DNA from: Candidatus Bathyarchaeota archaeon
GTDB taxonomy: Archaea; Thermoproteota; Bathyarchaeia; Bathyarchaeales; Bathycorpusculaceae
Assembly: GCA_963770935.1 (NCBI GenBank)
Contig: CAVYRJ010000003.1
Span: 22,223 to 86,222 of the forward strand
Length of the DNA stretch: 64,000 nucleotides
Direction: 5' to 3'
Shown: in pieces, positions 61,600 through 64,000 of the stretch
How positions within the stretch are numbered: the stretch's first letter is position 1
Layout of the letters: every line of letters starts with the position of its first letter
Position numbers and translations under genes: made by a program
Notes under the pieces: generated by a model
Told to the model about the DNA's origin: nothing
Seen by the model: only the letters and a program-made list of their open reading frames with translations
Database searches by the model: none

Positions 61600-62841
61600 T
61601 TAGATTTTTTTGGTCTTGATTGCCGTTTCTAATGCGACAACACCTGGAAGCTTCTTGCCCATCAAGAATTCAATCAATGCTCCGCCAGCGGTGCTGATGT
61701 AGCCAATTTTCTTGTTTAAACCATATTCGTTGATGGCGGCTATGGTGTTTCCTCCGCCTGCAAGCGAGAAGGCTTTGCTGTTTGCGATGGCTTCGAAGAC
61801 TTTTTTTGTGCCATAGTTGAATTCTTTGTTTTCGTAAACTCCCATTGGTCCGCTTACAACGATGGATTTAGCGCTTAAGATAAGTTTTGCATAGCAATCC
61901 ACAGTTTTGGCGCCCAGGTCAAAGATTGAGTGCTCAGTCGGCAACTTGCTTATGTCGATTTCTTTGCGTTTGCCGTCCACTTCTACTGCAACATCTACTG
62001 GAACCACTATTTTGTCGCCGTACTGTTCCATTAACGCTTTGATTCCTGGAATTAAGCCTGTTAACTCTTTCTTTGCAAGAAAAGCCATGTTACCTTTGCC
62101 AAGATCTACGCCCTTTGCTGCAAGGAACAACTGCGAAGTCACTCCACCAACTATTACATAATCTGCGATACCGTTGCCCAACACGTATTTGCTGATTTCC
62201 AGTGAATCATCAGCTTTTGCTCCACCCATGACGTAAACGCAGGGTTTCTCAGGCTTCTCCAATGCCTTGCTGAGGGATGTGAGTTCGCGTTCCATAATGC
62301 GTCCAGCGGCAGATGGCAAAACAGGGGTAAAGCCTACCATGCTGACATGTCCACGGTGAGCTGCGGCAAAAGCATCGTTAACGAAAAAGTCTGCGAGTGG
62401 TGCAAGATTCTGGACAAGATCCGTTTTGCTGGCATCTTCGGGTGTTGCGCTTTTTGTTTCTTTGTCCCAACTGCGCACGTTATCTAAAACTAGGATTTCT
62501 CCTCCATTGAGGTCTTTGATGGCGGCTTTTGCTTTGTCGCCGAAAATGTCGTCAACGTATTTTACTGGGCACTTTAGGATTTTTCCCAAAATATCAGCGT
62601 GCTCTTTTAATGGGGTGAAGTCGGGATCACCTTTTCTGCCTTGGTGTGCGAGGACAACGGTTTTGGCGCCTTTCTCAGCGAGCTCTTTTAGGGTTGATTC
62701 TGCATGTGCTTTTATGCGCACGTCGCTTGTGACTTTTTTGGTGGTTGGGTCAATTTCTGAGTTAAAGTCTACTCGGACAAGGACAACTTTGTTTTTTACG
62801 TTGAAATCGTCTAGTGTCTTGTACTTTGCCATGTTAAACAC
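61600..62841 (-). CDS. pgk: Phosphoglycerate kinase
   Basis: VRVDFN, NDAF.AAHR, GGAK, ISTAGGA.IE. Confidence 0.96.
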   Translation of the reverse strand: MFNMAKYKTLDDFNVKNKVVLVRVDFNSEIDPTTKKVTSDVRIKAHAESTLKELAEKGAKTVVLAHQGRKGDPDFTPLKEHADILGKILKCPVKYVDDIFGDKAKAAIKDLNGGEILVLDNVRSWDKETKSATPEDASKTDLVQNLAPLADFFVNDAFAAAHRGHVSMVGFTPVLPSAAGRIMERELTSLSKALEKPEKPCVYVMGGAKADDSLEISKYVLGNGIADYVIVGGVTSQLFLAAKGVDLGKGNMAFLAKKELTGLIPGIKALMEQYGDKIVVPVDVAVEVDGKRKEIDISKLPTEHSIFDLGAKTVDCYAKLILSAKSIVVSGPMGVYENKEFNYGTKKVFEAIANSKAFSLAGGGNTIAAINEYGLNKKIGYISTAGGALIEFLMGKKLPGVVALETAIKTKKI

Positions 62842-62898
62842 ATCTGTTAGTTTTAAAAAAGGAAAAGAAAGGAAGAATTTAAGTTTGTTTGCGGTGTT

Positions 62899-63930
62899 TT
62901 AGAGCTCAGCTTTTTTGCCGATCATTTCGATGAAGTCAACCATGCGGTTGCTAAAGCCCCATTCGTTGTCGTACCATGCAAAGACCTTCACGAAGTTGCT
63001 CTTCTCGCCTAGAACCATGGTTAAGTCTGCATCGAAGACGCTGCTGTAAGTGCTGTGGAGTACATCGGTGCTGACGATTGGGTCTTCAGTGTACTGTAGG
63101 ATGCCTTTGAGTTCGCCTTCTGCGGCTTTCTTCATGGCTGCGTTGATTTCAGCTTTTGTTGTTTCTTTGCCTAAAATTGCAACTAAGTCAATGATGGATA
63201 CGTCAGGGGTTGGGACACGAAGTGAATAGCCGTTCATTTTTCCAGCGCAACTTGGCAAAACTAAGCCGATTGCTTTTGCTGCTCCTGTGCTTGTTGGGAT
63301 GATGTTGATTGCTGCGGCTCTTGCGCGTCTTGGATCTTTGTGGACGATGTCTTGGATTTTCTGGTCGTTTGTGTAGCTGTGGCATGTTGTCATGAAGGCT
63401 TTCTCTAAGCCAAAGTTGTCTGCTAAGACTTTGCTTACTGGGGCTAAACCGTTGGTTGTGCAGCTTGCATTTGAAACGATATTGTGCTTTTCGTGATCGT
63501 ATAATTTGTCATTTATTCCAAGGACAAAGGTTGCGTCGGGGTTTTCTGCTGGGGCTGAGATAAGGACTTTTTTTGCTCCTGCGGTAAGATGTTTAGTTGC
63601 GCCTTCGCGGCTGGTGAATAAGCCTGTGGATTCTACTGCTAAGTAAACTCCCAAGTCTTTCCATGGTAGCTGCAATGGGTCTCTTACGCTGAGACATTTG
63701 AGTTCTTTTCCGTTAACAACTAGGTCGTTTCCTTTTACTTCCACGGTGCCTGGAAAACGTCCATGCACTGAATCGTATTTGAGCAAGTGAGCGTTAGTTT
63801 TTGCGTCTGCTAAGTCGTTGATGGCTACAAAATCAATATTTGCGTTCTTTTCTATTGCTGCTCTGTAGAGAAGTCTTCCAATTCTTCCAAAACCATTAAT
63901 TCCAACTTTAATGTTCGCCATTAAAATCAC
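62899..63930 (-). CDS. gap: Type I glyceraldehyde-3-phosphate dehydrogenase
   Basis: [36 protein letters not shown]. Confidence 0.96.
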   Translation of the reverse strand: MILMANIKVGINGFGRIGRLLYRAAIEKNANIDFVAINDLADAKTNAHLLKYDSVHGRFPGTVEVKGNDLVVNGKELKCLSVRDPLQLPWKDLGVYLAVESTGLFTSREGATKHLTAGAKKVLISAPAENPDATFVLGINDKLYDHEKHNIVSNASCTTNGLAPVSKVLADNFGLEKAFMTTCHSYTNDQKIQDIVHKDPRRARAAAINIIPTSTGAAKAIGLVLPSCAGKMNGYSLRVPTPDVSIIDLVAILGKETTKAEINAAMKKAAEGELKGILQYTEDPIVSTDVLHSTYSSVFDADLTMVLGEKSNFVKVFAWYDNEWGFSNRMVDFIEMIGKKAEL

Positions 63931-64000
63931 CTATCTATAACGCTGTACAAGCCACTCTGACTTTATTAATTTTCCGACAAAAACTCGTATCCTAAACAAG

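Overview
Archaeal chromosome segment, most consistent with Bathyarchaeia. This is inferred from gene content: TFB, Gar1, L7Ae/S28e/L24e, Alba, archease/RtcB, EndoQ and an expanded set of membrane-anchored PQQ-type beta-propeller proteins. Most of 14-64 kb is housekeeping: SucCD, a DAP-aminotransferase lysine operon, NfnAB, GH57/GT4 genes, TldD/PmbA, PGK/GAPDH and tRNA-Gly(TCC). About eight genes are broken by single extra bases, which look like sequencing errors. The best candidate for an undescribed system is a small virus-like island at 9.8-12.5 kb encoding a ParB-N protein, an ABC-like ATPase and a GNAT acetyltransferase. Its ATPase/GNAT junction has the layout of a -1 programmed frameshift (upstream GGAG, A AAA AAA, 6-nt spacer, GC-rich stem-loop), and the ATPase N-terminus has no canonical start codon. 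The island lies downstream of an orphan 5' tRNA-like fragment with its own TATA box and U-tract. Also notable are two helix-dense intergenic regions that may be ncRNAs (3.1-3.3 kb and 25.5-25.8 kb) and a 5'-UTR hairpin shared by two beta-propeller genes. All family calls come from motif recognition and all RNA structures from manual pairing; no searches or folding were run.
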